Program-made: the position numbers and the translations under genes
From: Oopsacas minuta
Taxonomy: Eukaryota; Animalia; Porifera
Assembly: GCA_024704765.1 (NCBI GenBank)
Contig: JAKMXF010000339.1
Location: 161,555 to 225,554 of the forward strand
DNA length: 64,000 nt
Reading direction: 5' to 3'
The notes under the pieces: generated by a model
Seen by the model: the letters and a program-made list of their open reading frames with translations, nothing else
Told to the model about the DNA's origin: nothing
The model's database searches: none
In this document: positions 61,490 to 64,000 of the stretch, piece by piece
Layout of the letters: each line of letters opens with the position of its first letter
How positions within the stretch are numbered: the first letter of the stretch is position 1

Positions 61490-62710
61490 AAATAACTTGA
61501 AGAAAACAATAGTGAGGAGCAGAAATAAAGCCGAAAACGTTCCGCCTGAACCACTATCACTACAGTATCTCGAAATACCAGAATGCTATACTAAAACAAA
61601 AAGGGCCAACAATATTTGCTCTACGATTCTGCCGCGCAAAGTGGAAATAAGTGGATTTAATCTTCGGAACTCAAGCAAATATGGATTTACTCTCATCTGC
61701 AACTGTCTGGTTAGCAGATGCCACCTTTAAAACCCTGCCCAGCTTGTTTTATCAACTGTACTTGATACATGCTATGAAAGGAGGCCGGACCTGATATTCG
61801 CTGGTCATATTTTCCCATGTTTATTCGTATAGCTAGCAAACAAGGCGCAAGATACATGTGGAACAAAGTAGATGATTTATGTCCAACCGCTTGGCCGACA
61901 CATCTAATTGTGGATTTTGAAATAGCCTCCATTAATGCATTTTCACAATACTTCCTAACTATAAAGGTTCAAGGCTGTATCTTTCATCTATGTCAAAATG
62001 TCTGGCGTAAAGTTCAACAATTAGGACTAGCAGCAAGATAATGCAAGATGTAGAATTTGCAATAATAGTGCGAATGCTACCTGCACTCTCGTTTGCAACT
62101 CCTACTGACATACCTCAACTTTTCAATAGTCCTTTCTTACAACTATCTGTGGAAGCTTACGACCTGGCATTATTCTTTGAAGCTACTTATATTGGTAGGC
62201 ATATCGATAATTCCCCCCTTCATGTCCTCACCAATATTTCCAATGGAAATGTGGAACAACCACTTCATGGTTCAGCATGGGTTGCCAAGGACAAATAATG
62301 CAGTTGAGGCATGGCACCGTTCATTTGCTTGTCACATGTCTTGCCATCATCCTTCTATATGGCGTTTTCTAATGATACTTAAGAGAGAACAAGGGTTGGT
62401 TGAAGTAAAACAAGCGTTTTATATAAGTGGTCGGAATCCTTCGAAACACAAATTTTTGTAGAAGAGAAAAAGCATTACAAAATTTAGTACAGAATTACTT
62501 GCTGCGACCAAAGTTTGAATTCTTAAGAGGAGTTTCCCACCATTTTACTTTTCAAGATTAAAAGTTCTTTAATTTAGAGTTATTTTATACTCTTGTTTCT
62601 GTAACTACAACTTTTATTGAATATAATATTATCACCTATACCATGTGTGTAAATATACCCATCTTGTCACGAAAAGTCTCTGTCACGAAATGTCCCGTCA
62701 TGAAAAGTCC
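61490..62710 (+). mobile_element. Decayed MULE/Mutator-like transposase with subterminal repeats
   Basis: WLADATFK..P..FYQLY.IH, IVDFEIASINAF, GCIFHLCQNVWRKVQ, RTNNAVEAWHR, HPSIWRFL. Repeated (c/t)gtcacga motifs at 62665-62705. Confidence 0.85.
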
Positions 62711-63543
62711 TGTCACGGATAGTCTGTATCTCAAAATCAAAGTATGTGAAATTGGTTGTATACTATTTGCATTTAAGATTATTTGACCATAACATTAATA
62801 GACATTGATGAATATTGGTAAAACTTTCATTTTGATATTTTGTAATGAAACAGCCTGAAAGCATACCGATCTGGTGATGTCATTTCATCCAGACGAGCCG
62901 CTTCGTTTGCTCGCGCTGCGCGACTTGTGAATACTCTGTGTTCGCATGTAACTCGGCACTTTGTGCCTCGATTTTGGCAAAGGATAAAATTGCAAAATGA
63001 ATTAATAAATATATATTTGAACTACTTACTTTATATTCATAATAACAACAAAATTTAGATTATAGAAACGTAAATGCGAAATTCAGATTCAGCGTACTCA
63101 GTCTTTACATATATTTTGACATTTCAGTTATTTTTTATGATATATTCAATAAATATATATATGATTAACCCAAAATTGTGAAAATCGGATTCAGCATGTT
63201 CGATATTTTAGTGAAGTTTTATTGAATTCAATTTACTTCCTTGATAAACACGATAAATACATAGTTATGCGACAATTTCAAAATTGCATACCGTAAATCC
63301 TTTCTTGACAACGGACAAACAAACAAACAAATAATAATTGAGATTAAATAACATAGATATACACACATGATTAATTGTGTTTGAATTGTATAGATTGATT
63401 ATTAACAGTATTCTAGAGTCACAAGGAGTGAAAAATATTTCCCATTTTTTCAAAATTAATTCTATGAATTAGCCAGCTTCCTGTGAAAATAACAACAAAA
63501 ACATTATAACACAATTATAACACAATGAAAATGAATTTTTGAA

Positions 63544-63655
63544 GCATAGTAGAATATACTGTATTCTATTTAAATTCATTTAATTGTAGAAATTTGATAT
63601 CTCTCTGTATAGGTCTCTGTATTGATTTGTATTTATAGTTAGAGCTCATTACTTA
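63544..63655 (+). other. Orphan, truncated copy of the NHL leader with no downstream NHL CDS
   Basis: gcatagtagaatatactgtattcta...aaatttgatatctctctgtataggtctctg...gagctcattactta, then unrelated sequence. Confidence 0.85.
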
Positions 63656-64000
63656 ATATAATAGGAGTACAACCGTTATCTTCAGTATATCAGTAATTAT
63701 TATGGATAAAATGATGTATTAGGATAAGTAAATTGACAGAAAATACATCTGAATATGAGAATATATATTTCTAACAAATAATTGACTTTAAATGCTATTA
63801 ACTGTTTAACCCATAGACTCCTTAAATAGAAGGACTAGTATCTGGCAATCTCGGATTACGGAACTTGGGTCCCACTGTATCATGACGCAACGACGTCATT
63901 ACGTAATAAACATGGCAGGTCATGGAAAGCTTTTGCTTTATCGCCGCTCCTGGCGTCACCTGACGCTGTCCGTAGCTCATGCTGCTGTATTATGTTTTTT

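Overview
AT-rich eukaryotic (animal-like) genomic window. It contains no recognisable prokaryotic operons, rRNA or tRNA genes, or CRISPR arrays. The protein style recalls the NHL expansions of glass sponges such as Oopsacas, but that is inference only. The window is dominated by a cluster of intronless NHL-repeat beta-propeller genes. There are 10 closely related short (~280 aa) paralogs, of which 7 are intact and 3 frameshifted. There is also a decayed divergent copy, an orphan leader, and two longer coiled-coil+NHL (TRIM-like) genes. The short paralogs share a near-invariant ~130-bp leader and N-terminal 26 codons, are hypervariable at propeller loop positions, and appear mosaic for each other's blades. 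Main discovery: four decayed copies of a circovirus-like (CRESS-DNA virus) Rep gene, with SF3 helicase Walker A/B, motif C, Arg finger and part of the RCR motif III region. Each lies co-oriented directly upstream of an NHL gene, and three have a long hairpin upstream. This is an endogenous ssDNA-virus element co-amplified with a diversifying propeller family. The cluster also has a ~9-kb inverted duplication (18.2-27.1 kb vs 43.2-52.6 kb) and a 2.17-kb long-TIR element inserted without a TSD into an NHL leader. Many DNA-transposon relics are present (mariner, several hAT families, THAP/P-element, MULE, tyrosine recombinase), plus a TPR-SET pseudogene, a 21-bp minisatellite and assembly Ns at 52570, 57125 and 60152-60339.
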